A stretch of 64,000 nt of DNA from an uncultured Planctomycetia bacterium (GCA_964433975.1 CAYSSS010000002.1:34441-98440); one strand, 5' to 3'; numbered from the stretch's first letter, positions 1 through 11,095 are shown. A program made the numbers and translations. Notes: generated by a model from the letters alone, not told the origin.

Positions 1-1
1 C

Positions 2-3000
2 CGTAAAGTGCAATCCGCCAAGACTGCGGAATTACTCGGAAAGCTTAAGGATACAGAGCCGACCAAAGATATATTGACGGGTATCGATGAGATACTCGGC
101 GTTCCCGACATATCGGGGTTCGAAATCACTAAGCAGTTGCAAGAAAAATTCGGCCTATTATATGACGAGGACTCCATAGGCGCGCTGCTTAATACGGCAA
201 GCGGCGTGTTATCTTTAAATAGCAGCGAATTCAGGCAGAGGCTTATCAGGAGCGTGACGGATATGCTGGCAAGAAGATGCATCGACTCCCAGATAGAGTC
301 CATAAGAGAGGATTTCTACAAGAAGACCGAAAACATGATGCGTTTCGGCAACATGTCAAAGAAGACGATCATAAAAGCAGCGGAGGCCGAAGCCAGAAAC
401 GCCATGGGCGTCATAAGGAATGTCGCGGTAACGGCGCAGGGCTTCGAGAAGTATGTCCAGGAGCAGATCGGGATAGCAAAGGATACGGCAATAAAGATTG
501 AGTATTATGAAAATGCCAAGTCCGAAGCTTATACGAAGCTTCAGGCCGCAAGGGGTGCAGGCGACCGCACCGTAGAACTTGAACAGCTCGAAAGGATAGC
601 GGAGTGCTATCAAGAGCTTAAGACGCTCGATCCAAGTAACGTTGATTATTACGATTCGCAAATAAGATACTTCAGCCAAAGTATTTCCGTATTAAGAAAA
701 GAACTGGGCAGATCAGATTCCGGGGTAGAGACCATAAGCCCGATAGTGAAACCGTCCGGCAAGAAAAAGACCGGGCTTCTTACTGAGATACGGGAAGAGG
801 TGTTGGGCCCGCAGCGCGCTTATGTAGCCAGGACGGTCTCTAGCCAGGCAAGGCGCATTTCCGCACAGGAAGTGGCAGAGATGATGGCCCGCGCCGAGGG
901 CAATGCCGCTGTTATGTCAGAGGCGGTGGATTTGCAAGACGGCAGTGCAGCCGAATTTGGTCTCGATGGCACGATGGTGCTGCGATGCAGGGAAGAACAG
1001 ATTGCCGCGTCTTTACTAAAGGCGAAAAAAGACGGAAAACTCGGGAAGCCTATAGTATGCCTGCCTCCGGACGATGATCCTGCAATAACCAGTGCGCGTT
1101 GTCAGAAGATACGGGAGGAATTAAGCCAGATGAGCCAGGAAACCCTCTCCGGGCTCGGAAGCAGCAGGGTTGTCCTGATAGGCTTCAGCCAAAGCGAACC
1201 CGGTACCGCCGCTGCGTCAGGAAAATTATTTGTTATGCATCTGGGATACAGCCAGACAGACCCGGAAAATGAATTTAACAGGGCCCTCATGGGCCTTGCT
1301 GACGCGGAAGACAGCTCGGGGGCCGGTATCACGCGCCTTATAAAGGAAAGCGCCGGCAAAGAAAAAGGAGTAGTGGAAATAGACGGGTACAAATTCGGTT
1401 TTGCCGATACGGACGATGGCATAAGAGTCATAAGAGGCAACATCACGGAGGACGAAGAGCTGGTGTTAGGGCAAAGCAATAAGAATGTAGCCGGTTTTGT
1501 CAAGAGCGTCGGGTTACATATAGATATAAACGGAAAAATAACGCTTGGCGACAGGCAGGAAGGACTTTTAAGCGCGAGCGATTTCATAAATGAAATGAAG
1601 GTCAAAGGTTTCATCAAAGGAGTGCCGGCTTACAGGGATTATTCAAAAGGCTTCTCAGGCTTCTTAAGCAGAATCCTGGATGCGATAGGTTCGATGAGAA
1701 AAAAGATAGTCGATAATATTACCGGCGCTGATAAGAAACATAGAGAAACCGTAAAAGATTTTATATACACATGGAGAGGGCTGCCGCAGGCATTTGACAG
1801 AAAAGCGCTGGTGGCCGAGAGGGAGAGCCTGCGTTCACAAGCGAATAAACTAACAGGCGATGCTAAGAATAAGAAGAACGAGAGAATAGCGGCGATCGAC
1901 GACATCCTGGTCAGGGCAGAAGAGGTCAGGGGCTTGATGAGAGATCTGCGCGGAAAAGATGAGGCGAAGAGGACCGCGGCCGCGGCGAAGCTGGTCGAAA
2001 TGGCGAAGAAACTCGGCGATCCACAACTCGACGCATTGCTCGCGGAATTCGGTGATGAAATAATAAAGGGCCTTAAGCCGGTAGCCGATGGTAAGGTTTC
2101 AATGCCGGCCGGAACTGCTTTAAGGACCGAAGAGATTAATTTTGTATTAGCCGAGGCTTTCGCGGTAAAGGGAGAAGCTGGCCTCAGACGCGGCCTTACC
2201 TATTATAACAGGGCAGCATCATCCGCAGCCATGAATGGAAACAAAAAGGTCGAAGGTGACGCCAGGGTTGAACGCGCTAAAATTTACAGCCAAGGAAATC
2301 CAGTAAAAAGAATAATTGACATGGCGGCCGGTTATAAAGCGGGAAAAATAGCAATTGGCGTAGTCAAATTCGGAATTCCGATAGTGATAGGACTAGTGGT
2401 ATCAGTGTGCGTGTTCCATCTACCCATAGGATGGGCGCTTGCATTCGCCGTGCCCGGCGTAATAATGAAGGCATTTAAATTATTACAGGGATCGCAGAAA
2501 GATGCTATACAAAAGGCCATTGCAAGAGGCGACTACAAGGCGGTCCAGAAATACCAGAAGATGGAAAGCGTTAAAAATACCTTTGCAAAATGGACAGGCT
2601 TTAGCTTTGTTAAGACATTGATAAATGGTCTTATTTCGATTCCTCAGACGCGCGCTGCGGAGAAAGAAGCGATTAAAGCGGCGATGTTGGGTAATGAAGA
2701 AGCAATAGTGTTAATGTTTGATAAGCCGAGAGACCTTAAAACGAGAGCCGCTAACGCAATGAAGTCACTGACAGGCGCGCATGCAGCGGAAAAGAATGCT
2801 TTGTTCGGTGCCATGACGACCGGCGACGCGAAAGCGCTCGAAGCGATAGCGAATGATTCTACAAGATCTGCTGCAGTCAGGGCATTCGCGTACAGGAGGT
2901 TGGCTGCGGGGTTTGGCGAAAAGCGTACCGCTCTGGTAAAGGAAAGAGAAGCTGCCGAAGCCAGGAGAAGAGACTTAGAGGCAAGACGCAATAAACTCAA

Positions 3001-6000
3001 TGAAGAGGCCGGCACCGATAAGAAATTGGGAGCCATTGATAACGAGATAAATGATCTTATAGAGGAAGGCGCAAGTATAAGCAACCAATTGGATAATCTT
3101 GACAAGGCAAAGGCTAACGCTGAAAAGGTGATAAAAGAAATTGAAGACGCCGCAAGGGCAGCGCTTGATAAAGAAATAGAACAGCTAAGAGCGGAAAAGG
3201 AGCAATTTGATTCTGTAAAGGCAAGAGAGGATGCCGAGATTAAATTTGCCGAGGCACAGAATGAAAGGCCGGCTCTGGAACGACGCATGGGTGAAATAAC
3301 AAAGAGGGTGTTTGCGCTTCAGGCCAAAGTGAGTGAAGTAAGCGCCGAAAGAGATAAAGTCAGCAAGGAATTAGACGGTGTAGAGAAAGGGCTAAGGGCG
3401 ATCTCAGATCAACAGAATAAACTCGCAGCTCAGGCTAAAGAGATGCAGGGTATGGAGGAATATTATTCAGGCAAAGCGCTTGAGGCGGAGGGCAAATACA
3501 ATGAAGCCATTGAAAGATATAATGATTGCCTGAAGAAACTCAGCGAGGACAGGAAGAGAGACCGTATGGCGGCGATGCTGGGTATAGTGTCCTGCCATGA
3601 AAAGGCAAAAGATTTTTCTAAGGCGCATCTCACGCGCGGCCGTGCGTTAGCTCTAGGAGTGGTCATAGAGTTCGTAAGCATACCGGATCTTGCTAATATA
3701 GACAAGACGATAGCTGAGGCAGGGTCGGCATATGATAAGACCGTAGCGATGAGAAGGAAGATAGGACTTTTGAAGAGCATGATAGAGGATCCTGTAAATG
3801 CAGCAAGAAAAGAATTGCTGCAATCGGCTTTATATGGTACGTATGCAACTCTCATAGAAGTGATCAAGGGTAAAGGTAATGAAGCGGCAGAAGACAGGAC
3901 GATAGCCGAAATGAAAAATAGGCAGAGCGAGAAGAAACGCGAGCTTGCTAAAGAGAGCGCCAAGCAAAAAGATTATAGGGATTGGTGGATGAGTGTTGCA
4001 GATGACGATAAGCTTAGGGCCGATGCGGAGTTCGCAGAAAGCGAATGGCGCAAGGGCATCAAAAAACTTGAGGAAGAGATAACAGGTCTTGAGGCCGAAC
4101 TGAAGAAGCTCGAAACTGAAGCGGCGAAGAGGATGAATAGAAACACAAAAGAGATACGCGAAGCAGAGCTTGAACAGGAAAGTCTTTTGAATTCAATTGT
4201 TTTAAAAGAATTACGTGCCGCTGTCATTGCCGATTCACAGAATATAGAAGCTCGCCTTGAATTAGCGGATACCTATAGCAAGGCGAGGAACGTCAAAGAA
4301 GCGGCGAGGCAGTATCTCGCGGTTCTTGCGCGCGGTGAGAAGGCAGGCGAAGAGAACTTGAAGAAGGCGTATGACGGACTTGTGAACTTGCTTGAAAATA
4401 ATGTTCTAGAGCAGGCAATGGCGGAAGAACTTGTGAAAGCACTCTTCAAAGATGATTCAATTGTAATCCGTGAAAATGCTCAGGGCAATCTTGTAATAAA
4501 AGCGCTCAAGAAGATGGCTATAAAAGGAGTCGATATTGACGGTTTAATAAGCGCGGAGTCTGACAAGAGGAAGAATGCCCTGCCGGCGGATGCCGACGAG
4601 TCCGATCTCGAAACGATGAGAAAACAATCAATCCTTGACGAGATGACGGCCTCGCTTACCGGTAAAGATGAGTCATTCGAAGCAAAATTCGCCGCGGCCA
4701 TGGCCGGCAAAGATGATATATCAAAGATGAACGCATTGGTAGAGCTCATAAATAAATACGGTTTTGATACGGCGGAAGGAATAATTGCCCTGAACGGCCT
4801 CTTGGGTGTCGTCGAATCGGTCGCTATGACCGCGGCGCCGACCCGCGGACCTCCGGATATAATAAAAGAGATGATACGCCTACTTATTCCAACCACTACA
4901 GATCATGCCATGCGAGAGGCGCAGGACGCTATTCGGAATTTGAAGCATAGAGGCGCGGTAGTAGATCTGCTCAATAACATACTTATCAGAGAATCAAAAT
5001 TCATCGGAGAAAAGGACAACCTCACAAGGATATTTGCCATCATAGATGCAAACGATAGGCTTACGCTAGAAGAGGCCGTCTCGCTGAAGATCGATCTACT
5101 CAAGAAAGAATATGTGCTGCGCCCATCAGTTGAAATCTATATACAGATAGCAGATCTGTATAATGACATTGGCCAGAGCGACAAGGCAATCAAATATCTC
5201 GAAAAAGCCCTAGCGTATGACAAGAATTCCAAAGAGGCTTGTCTGGAACTTGCGAAGATCTACCTTGCAAAAGGCGATATTCAGAAGGCGCAGGACATGG
5301 CCATGAAGGCCCTGGAATTAGATGCCAAGTTCGTCGACGCCCATCTCATTATAGGCAGGATCCGGATGAATGAAGCCAGATACAGAGATGCGCTTGGCTC
5401 ATATAAGACAGCGCTAGAGGCGGACCCGAAGAATAAAGAGGCGCAGGACGCCATTGACAATATCTACATATTGTCAGGTGAGGGGAAGCCGGATGTTGAT
5501 TTCTACCTCACTCTTGGAGATCGCTATATAGAGGAAGGCCAGTTTGAGGCGGCAAGGGAATGCTTCTTAAAGGTACTGGAGAATAAGCCGCAAATAGGGG
5601 ATAAAGCGAGAAAAGAGAGAAAGTCTATATTAAGGGCCTATAAAGAGAAAGAGGCGCGCGCATATTACGGCCTCGCGAGAACATATGAAGCTATAGGTGT
5701 TTTTGACCTGGCAGTCATTAACTACGACATGGCGATTAAGTCGGGTCTTGAAACTGCAGACGTGTACAGGAGATTGGCGGATAGCCTGCAGAAACAGGGT
5801 AATCCGGGCTGGAGAATATCGCGCAGAATAAAGTCATTATACGTCAAGGCGCTTAAGTTAGAGAAAGATGACGCCGGAACCATAGAGAGCCGCGCGAAAG
5901 CTCTTGAATCATCCGGTAAGAAAGAAAGCGCCGTAAAAGAATATATGAAAGCCGCGGACATTTACAAGAAAGCCGGAAAACACGATGAAGCCATGAGGGT

Positions 6001-9000
6001 TCATGAAATAGTCCTTGCCATAGATCCGAACAATAAGGAAGCTATTATAGGCAGGATAGATGCATGTATTTCTAAAGATGACCTTGAGACGGCAGAGGGA
6101 TTAGTAAAGGATAAGGAAAACCTATTAAAAGCATTCCAGGAAGAGCTCGCTAAACAATCCGGAAATGCAGCGCCGTTATTAACAGAGATTAGGACCATGC
6201 TTGCCACATTCATTAAGTCACCGATGAAGACAGGCACCAACGATCGTCTGAAAGATCTGAAGAGCAAAGTTGAAGAGCTTGTTGGTAAAGGAATACTTAC
6301 CGCAGATATGGTCGGCAGAATTCAAGAATTACAGGAAATGGCGGAAGAAATTACGAAGTCCGGTGTCAATTTAACCAGCCCGTACTCTTTGGACCTCATA
6401 AGAGAGATGAAGAAACTCGCAAGGTCCATACGCCAAGAGATAGCCGATGCTGCCGGCGTTGATATAACGACATCTCTTGAAGCGGCAAAAGAAGCCTTTA
6501 GGGATAAAGGCATGTTAAGTATAGATGAAGTCTTCGGGCTTCACATGCGTCTGGCTCAAGCCTATATAGCACAAGGGGATATCACGAATGCCCAACGGCA
6601 TATTAAAGCAGCGGAAGCTATAAACTTCGACGAGAAACTTGAACAAGACAGGGCACAGGATATAAAGGCATTGAGTGACAAGATCAAAGGTATCGTTGAC
6701 AAGCGTGATAACAAGCGCGATGCTGAAAAATATGCGAGGAAAGCCGATAAGCTGATCAAAGACGCTGGCAAGTCGATAGCGGATGAAACAAGGCTGGCTG
6801 ATGTAATTACAGATCTCGTCGAAGTGGCACGCCTGTATGAAGATGCTCTAGCAATGGACGGCAGGATTAATTATGCGGCCATGAAGGCGATGGAAAAGAT
6901 AGCCGCATTATTGGAAGAAGCCTTGATGAAGATAGCTGTGATCGAAGCGGAGATGAAGGTTGTTAATCTAACAAGATTAGAGGTTGCAGAATCCGCAAAG
7001 ACGCTTAAAGGCGTGATCACTAAGATAGTCGACAGGGCACTATCCATATTTGCCGAGGCTAATAAGATAGCCGATGCCGAAAAGAACCGTTATCTGAAGA
7101 AGTACGCAGCCGTACTATACTCAATAGCAAAAGATATGATAGACAATCTCGAGAGTCTAAATAAAAACCTAAATGTCACTATCGGAGAAGAGCTGAATGG
7201 CAAGATGAGCGAGTTAAGAGCGTATGTGGATGAGGCGGGGCTCAGTAAAGAGTCACCTAAATCAATGATCGACGGTATAAATGAAAAAGCGCTCGCGGCA
7301 GTCAAGAAACCCGCCCCCAAGGTAAAAGACTCAGCTAAAATAAAGAATGTCGAAAAAGAGGCCGCAAATGCAGGCGTAGGAATTGAGCAGGTATTTGAAT
7401 CGATGACATTAAAAGATAGAAAAGGCGCGGCGCATCCTGTCACGGCAAAAGAAGCGAAACGCATGAAGGATCTCGCGTATTCGTTGCCCGAGGAGATTGA
7501 AGGAGAGGTCACACCGGCGAAGCTCTACATTGCGATATCTGAAAACGTGAATGATGCGACTGCCAGGAACATGCTATTAGGCGAATTGGCGGCTAGCAGC
7601 CTCTTTACGGTCAAGGTCGAAGGAGGTATATCGCTCAAGACAGTTGAAAGCACATCATCCAAATACGGCGTCTCCACGGAATATATCTTTATTAATCTCG
7701 TTTTCAGAGATGCCGATGGCACTGCGAAACAGGTGTCTGCGGAGGATGCTAACTTGCTGGCGAAGGTATTTGCTAAGATACAATCGGTTAATCCGGAGTT
7801 GCTGAGGTTTATCAGCATCGGAAAGTTCTACGGATTTGTGACAGCAAATATAACAACTGCTCTTAAGATTGCCGACAATGATAAAGAGTTAGGTAATGCC
7901 CTGGGTATTTCGGAAGAAGTTGTGATATTAACAGCTATAGCTCATGTTGAAAAAGTGGCACAAGCCGAACAGGCCCGCGCTGAGAAACTTGCGAAAGAAG
8001 AACAGGCAAGAGTTGAAGCAGAGCGCAAAACAGCGGAAGAAGCTGTTGTAGAAGCGAAGAAGATCGCCGCAAGAGCAGCTGCCAGCGCTAAGAGAAAAAC
8101 TACTATAGCGGAGAAGAAGAGAATAAAAGACGAGGAAGAAGCGCGCAAGAAGGCCGAAGAGAGGGCGATCGCCGAAGTAGCAGCCGAGCAGGCAAGATTG
8201 GATTCATTAAGACGTGCTGCTGAAGAAGAAGCTGCCAGAATGGCCGAAGAGACAGCAATCGCCGAGCAGGCAAGATTGGATGCGTTAATACAAGCTGCTA
8301 AGGAAACACGGCAAAGAGAAGAGGCTGAACGCAAGGTGAAAGTTGCAGAGGCATTAGGCGTGGTACAAGCCAAGCTTGCTAAGCGGGAAGCTGAAGAGAA
8401 GGCGGCCGGAGAGGCCGAAAGACAGGCTGAGGCGCAAAGGGCAACTCAAGCCAGGGCCAAGGCAGAAGAAAAAGAAGAGGCAAAACCGGCAGTAGAATTG
8501 ACGCCGGAAGAAGCCAATCAGTTATTCAGGGCCCTCTCCCGGACTCCCGAAGAAGAAAAAAAGATGCTCAGGGACGTTGAGGAGCAGGCAAGGACAATAG
8601 AGATGATGTTGTTGCGGATTCCGGAACTTGTAAAAAGCAGCCAAGCCGACGCCAGAGAAAATTTTGAAAAAGCATTGGATTTATTAAAGCGATTGATAAA
8701 TAACGTAGACAAAAACTTCGTTCTTCAGGATGAAATAACATCTAAAGCTGAAATGATCGTGCATGATCTGAAAGTACTGGCTTCGATACAGCAGCAGCTC
8801 GTGCCTGCAGAATTAAAGAAGCCCAAGTTCCCGAGTTTTGAGGGTATGCCTACATCTACTCTAAGCTTTAATGGAGCGGCAGGGGTTGTATGGTTCTTCA
8901 GGCAGACGGCCTACTGGTTCAGAGTAGCTATTGGTAAGATACAGACAGCGATTGCCGAGAGGAAAGCAAGGCGGCAAGCCGTCAGAACCAAAGAAGCCGC

Positions 9001-11020
9001 GGTTTCCGTCGGAAAAGCGCAGGCGCCGGCCCGTACGGAAGAAGAGATAATTGATATAATGGTCAAGCAGGGTGAGGGGTGGACGATTGAAAGCCGCGCC
9101 GGAGAGGAAAAGTATAATATCATAAAAATGAGAGTAGTAGCCCATGAGCTGAGGGTGGCGTGGAATAATCCTCTCGGTCAATATGTGCAGGCGGCAATAG
9201 AGCTAGAGAAATCAGGAAACGCGCCTGATGCACAGCGTAAATTAAAAGAGATGCGCGGCAATGCGAAGAAGTTTTACGAAAATGAGGACTTCCTGTCCCT
9301 CGACTTCTATGCAATAGCGGATGCAATAAAAGATAGGATTGACTCGATAAAGGAAAATCCGGCCGCAATAGAACTCTTGAAGAATGAACGCAGGATGCTG
9401 AGCGATGCTGCCACAGAGCTACTAAGGGGCATTAATATGGAGGATACCAGCATTATGCCGCTGCGAGGAGTTCAGCCGCCGCTTGCGATGATGAGCGCGG
9501 CGCCGCCGGCCAGCATGGTAGGCATGACGAATATCTTCAAGCCTATAGGAAGACTGCCGACGAAGGCGCGGAACGCCATAGAGGCGGCTTACTACGGTGA
9601 AGAAAGGGTTGATAATGAGGTGGTTGTAAGATACTCCGGAATAGAATATTCAGGCGCGACCCTTAAAGAAGCACTTAAGGGCCTTCCTAAGGAAGTCGCG
9701 GATGCCGTGAGGAAAGAAGCAAAAGGCGCTTACGAAGCCTCTTACGCCATTCTTCAGGGCGGACGGGTAAGTTTAAGCCGCATAGCGGCGTTCGACGTGG
9801 CCGAGGACGGGACGGTAAGGAGCGTGAGTTGCACGGAGGATGTATCATCTGAAGACGGCGTACCGGTTGAGCGCGGCCATCTGCATTTGAGGCCGATCAA
9901 GAGCATGGAAGAGCTACGCGGCGATATGATCGCCATGATGATAAGAAAAGAATCATATGGCAAGTATGTAGATGAACATATATGGCAGATAACGTCCGAC
10001 GGCATTAAAGAAAGCATTCTGAAGCATGAGAACGGTAATTTTGTCCTGTATCAGGACGGAAGACCCTACGCGCCGGATGGTAAAACGTTTGCATTATCTG
10101 CCAACGATGTAATAGGCAAAATGTCGATCAAACAGGCGAGCGAAGGCCTAACGCGGTCAACTGCATGGCAGGTCGGCGCTGTCATCGCTATGCCGTCGGA
10201 GAAGTCGGGTCCGTTTGTAAATAAGGTCCGCGAAACGATAGGCGTGAAATCTGAATTCATATATATAATCAGGCAGATACTCGATGCCTTTGAAAGGGCG
10301 CCGATGAAAGACAGGGTCCCGAAAGATGAAATATACGGTGCCATCGGCCGAATCAGCATGGGTGACGGAAGCGCGTTCCATAATCTGGCGTTGTCATTGC
10401 GAACGGCAGGTGCCTTCAAAGGTGACTGCGCCACATTCATAGATCTGCGCAGCGTGAAGGGCTTCAATCTGAATGATATGATACAGGCGGTTAAAAATAT
10501 GGCTCGCGGCGCGGGTGCTGGGTCTCCGCTCAAAATAGGGATCGTTGTAGATACTAAAGTCGACCCAATAAAAGGTGTGGATATTATCAGTGATAATACG
10601 GGCCGAAGCGCATTTGATGTCGTCGGAGAATATGCTCGTATGAAGGGCATAGATACTCAAAACATTTCAATCGGCGTACCTGAAAACGATGAAAATATTG
10701 CCGCAGCAGAATCTTATATCAGAACCAATCTTAAGTCAGCGTCCAGCATATTGATCGCAAATGCAGACGGACTCAATAAAGCCGAAGATAAAGCCGCGAT
10801 ACCGGCACTCAATATCATAAATCTACTCGGTAAGCTTGCGACCGCGCAGGAACTTAATGTAATGACCATAGGCTGCAGTACAGAAAACGTTGGTAAGTTC
10901 GCATCACTGATGCAGCAGTTGAATGGTATACTCAGACTGATCGTCATAGCCAAAGAAGATATTGGAAGAAGGGTTAAAGAGTTCATCGGTGCCATGCAGG
11001 CCACCGCCCGTTCGTTGTAA
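2..11020 (+). CDS. Giant (>=3,672 aa) TPR/coiled-coil protein, 5'-truncated by the window edge; ends with the C-terminal domain and tail shared by the giant proteins
   Basis: The frame is uninterrupted from position 2 to TAA 11018-11020. The track starts it at GTG 8, but no in-frame stop lies upstream and no signal peptide or N-module is visible, so the true start is probably upstream of the window. TM hairpin at ~2344-2475 (IAIGVVKFGIPIVIGLVVSVCVF / GWALAFAVPGVIM). Textbook TPR units at 5126-6090. Long E/K/A-rich heptad-like stretches. C-terminal tail GILRLIVIAKEDIGRRVKEFIGAMQATARSL. Confidence 0.88.
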   Translation, partial: RKVQSAKTAELLGKLKDTEPTKDILTGIDEILGVPDISGFEITKQLQEKFGLLYDEDSIGALLNTASGVLSLNSSEFRQRLIRSVTDMLARRCIDSQIESIREDFYKKTENMMRFGNMSKKTIIKAAEAEARNAMGVIRNVAVTAQGFEKYVQEQIGIAKDTAIKIEYYENAKSEAYTKLQAARGAGDRTVELEQLERIAECYQELKTLDPSNVDYYDSQIRYFSQSISVLRKELGRSDSGVETISPIVKPSGKKKTGLLTEIREEVLGPQRAYVARTVSSQARRISAQEVAEMMARAEGNAAVMSEAVDLQDGSAAEFGLDGTMVLRCREEQIAASLLKAKKDGKLGKPIVCLPPDDDPAITSARCQKIREELSQMSQETLSGLGSSRVVLIGFSQSEPGTAAASGKLFVMHLGYSQTDPENEFNRALMGLADAEDSSGAGITRLIKESAGKEKGVVEIDGYKFGFADTDDGIRVIRGNITEDEELVLGQSNKNVAGFVKSVGLHIDINGKITLGDRQEGLLSASDFINEMKVKGFIKGVPAYRDYSKGFSGFLSRILDAIGSMRKKIVDNITGADKKHRETVKDFIYTWRGLPQAFDRKALVAERESLRSQANKLTGDAKNKKNERIAAIDDILVRAEEVRGLMRDLRGKDEAKRTAAAAKLVEMAKKLGDPQLDALLAEFGDEIIKGLKPVADGKVSMPAGTALRTEEINFVLAEAFAVKGEAGLRRGLTYYNRAASSAAMNGNKKVEGDARVERAKIYSQGNPVKRIIDMAAGYKAGKIAIGVVKFGIPIVIGLVVSVCVFHLPIGWALAFAVPGVIMKAFKLLQGSQKDAIQKAIARGDYKAVQKYQKMESVKNTFAKWTGFSFVKTLINGLISIPQTRAAEKEAIKAAMLGNEEAIVLMFDKPRDLKTRAANAMKSLTGAHAAEKNALFGAMTTGDAKALEAIANDSTRSAAVRAFAYRRLAAGFGEKRTALVKEREAAEARRRDLEARRNKLNEEAGTDKKLGAIDNEINDLIEEGASISNQLDNLDKAKANAEKVIKEIEDAARAALDKEIEQLRAEKEQFDSVKAREDAEIKFAEAQNERPALERRMGEITKRVFALQAKVSEVSAERDKVSKELDGVEKGLRAISDQQNKLAAQAKEMQGMEEYYSGKALEAEGKYNEAIERYNDCLKKLSEDRKRDRMAAMLGIVSCHEKAKDFSKAHLTRGRALALGVVIEFVSIPDLANIDKTIAEAGSAYDKTVAMRRKIGLLKSMIEDPVNAARKELLQSALYGTYATLIEVIKGKGNEAAEDRTIAEMKNRQSEKKRELAKESAKQKDYRDWWMSVADDDKLRADAEFAESEWRKGIKKLEEEITGLEAELKKLETEAAKRMNRNTKEIREAELEQESLLNSIVLKELRAAVIADSQNIEARLELADTYSKARNVKEAARQYLAVLARGEKAGEENLKKAYDGLVNLLENNVLEQAMAEELVKALFKDDSIVIRENAQGNLVIKALKKMAIKGVDIDGLISAESDKRKNALPADADESDLETMRKQSILDEMTASLTGKDESFEAKFAAAMAGKDDISKMNALVELINKYGFDTAEGIIALNGLLGVVESVAMTAAPTRGPPDIIKEMIRLLIPTTTDHAMREAQDAIRNLKHRGAVVDLLNNILIRESKFIGEKDNLTRIFAIIDANDRLTLEEAVSLKIDLLKKEYVLRPSVEIYIQIADLYNDIGQSDKAIKYLEKALAYDKNSKEACLELAKIYLAKGDIQKAQDMAMKALELDAKFVDAHLIIGRIRMNEARYRDALGSYKTALEADPKNKEAQDAIDNIYILSGEGKPDVDFYLTLGDRYIEEGQFEAARECFLKVLENKPQIGDKARKERKSILRAYKEKEARAYYGLARTYEAIGVFDLAVINYDMAIKSGLETADVYRRLADSLQKQGNPGWRISRRIKSLYVKALKLEKDDAGTIESRAKALESSGKKESAVKEYMKAADIYKKAGKHDEAMRVHEIVLAIDPNNKEAIIGRIDACISKDDLETAEGLVKDKENLLKAFQEELAKQSGNAAPLLTEIRTMLATFIKSPMKTGTNDRLKDLKSKVEELVGKGILTADMVGRIQELQEMAEEITKSGVNLTSPYSLDLIREMKKLARSIRQEIADAAGVDITTSLEAAKEAFRDKGMLSIDEVFGLHMRLAQAYIAQGDITNAQRHIKAAEAINFDEKLEQDRAQDIKALSDKIKGIVDKRDNKRDAEKYARKADKLIKDAGKSIADETRLADVITDLVEVARLYEDALAMDGRINYAAMKAMEKIAALLEEALMKIAVIEAEMKVVNLTRLEVAESAKTLKGVITKIVDRALSIFAEANKIADAEKNRYLKKYAAVLYSIAKDMIDNLESLNKNLNVTIGEELNGKMSELRAYVDEAGLSKESPKSMIDGINEKALAAVKKPAPKVKDSAKIKNVEKEAANAGVGIEQVFESMTLKDRKGAAHPVTAKEAKRMKDLAYSLPEEIEGEVTPAKLYIAISENVNDATARNMLLGELAASSLFTVKVEGGISLKTVESTSSKYGVSTEYIFINLVFRDADGTAKQVSAEDANLLAKVFAKIQSVNPELLRFISIGKFYGFVTANITTALKIADNDKELGNALGISEEVVILTAIAHVEKVAQAEQARAEKLAKEEQARVEAERKTAEEAVVEAKKIAARAAASAKRKTTIAEKKRIKDEEEARKKAEERAIAEVAAEQARLDSLRRAAEEEAARMAEETAIAEQARLDALIQAAKETRQREEAERKVKVAEALGVVQAKLAKREAEEKAAGEAERQAEAQRATQARAKAEEKEEAKPAVELTPEEANQLFRALSRTPEEEKKMLRDVEEQARTIEMMLLRIPELVKSSQADARENFEKALDLLKRLINNVDKNFVLQDEITSKAEMIVHDLKVLASIQQQLVPAELKKPKFPSFEGMPTSTLSFNGAAGVVWFFRQTAYWFRVAIGKIQTAIAERKARRQAVRTKEAAVSVGKAQAPARTEEEIIDIMVKQGEGWTIESRAGEEKYNIIKMRVVAHELRVAWNNPLGQYVQAAIELEKSGNAPDAQRKLKEMRGNAKKFYENEDFLSLDFYAIADAIKDRIDSIKENPAAIELLKNERRMLSDAATELLRGINMEDTSIMPLRGVQPPLAMMSAAPPASMVGMTNIFKPIGRLPTKARNAIEAAYYGEERVDNEVVVRYSGIEYSGATLKEALKGLPKEVADAVRKEAKGAYEASYAILQGGRVSLSRIAAFDVAEDGTVRSVSCTEDVSSEDGVPVERGHLHLRPIKSMEELRGDMIAMMIRKESYGKYVDEHIWQITSDGIKESILKHENGNFVLYQDGRPYAPDGKTFALSANDVIGKMSIKQASEGLTRSTAWQVGAVIAMPSEKSGPFVNKVRETIGVKSEFIYIIRQILDAFERAPMKDRVPKDEIYGAIGRISMGDGSAFHNLALSLRTAGAFKGDCATFIDLRSVKGFNLNDMIQAVKNMARGAGAGSPLKIGIVVDTKVDPIKGVDIISDNTGRSAFDVVGEYARMKGIDTQNISIGVPENDENIAAAESYIRTNLKSASSILIANADGLNKAEDKAAIPALNIINLLGKLATAQELNVMTIGCSTENVGKFASLMQQLNGILRLIVIAKEDIGRRVKEFIGAMQATARSL
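5126..6090 (+). other. TPR repeat array (domain of the 2-11020 protein)
   Basis: Successive 34-residue units fit the TPR consensus, e.g. IADLYNDIGQSDKAIKYLEKALAYDKNSKEA, LAKIYLAKGDIQKAQDMAMKALELDAKFVDA, GRIRMNEARYRDALGSYKTALEADPKNKEA and ADIYKKAGKHDEAMRVHEIVLAIDPNNKEA. Confidence 0.8.
7945..8490 (+). repeat. E/A/K/R-rich low-complexity coiled-coil tract with an internal duplicated unit
   Basis: The translation is almost entirely E, A, K, R and Q (AEQARAEKLAKEEQARVEAERKTAEEAVVEAKK...). The unit AIAE(VAA)EQARLD(S/A)L is duplicated: DNA gcgatcgccgaag...gagcaggcaagattggattc (from 8167) versus gcaatcgccgagcaggcaagattggatgc (from 8257). Confidence 0.6.
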
Positions 11021-11038
11021 AATAAAGCAAAAATTTCT

Positions 11039-11050
11039 AGCCCCGGCCTG
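11039..11050 (+). repeat. Left copy of the 12-bp direct repeat AGCCCCGGCCTG bracketing the Bro-N cassette
   Basis: Exact 12-mer at 11039-11050, 19 nt after the stop of the first giant gene. It occurs again at 12407-12418. The flanks are loosely similar (gaaaacGGTgAttTTgC versus agaatGGTaAaaaTTaGC). Confidence 0.55.
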
Positions 11051-11067
11051 GAAAACGGTGATTTTGC

Positions 11068-11095
11068 TTGACAAAAATATGCTGTATGGTATATT
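11068..11095 (+). promoter_or_regulatory. Sigma70-type extended -10 promoter for the Bro-N gene
   Basis: TTGACA (11068-11073), 16-nt spacer ending in TGg (11087-11089), then TATATT (11090-11095). The ATG lies about 95 nt downstream. Confidence 0.55.

Noticed and set aside
8-10. GTG at position 8 as the true start of the first giant gene.
   Set aside because: The frame is already open at position 2 with no upstream stop. The visible N-terminus lacks the signal peptide and N-module seen in the other giants, and no SD or promoter can exist in 7 nt. I treat the gene as 5'-truncated.
277-501. Short + strand out-of-frame ORFs inside giant genes: 277-501, 17315-17587, 18485-18808, 21104-21343, 27620-27844, 29097-29282, 34023-34244, 38422-38637, 39078-39293.
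   Set aside because: They overlap domain-bearing frames completely and translate to Arg/Gly/His/Ser-rich sequences typical of off-frame reading. There are no start-site signals.
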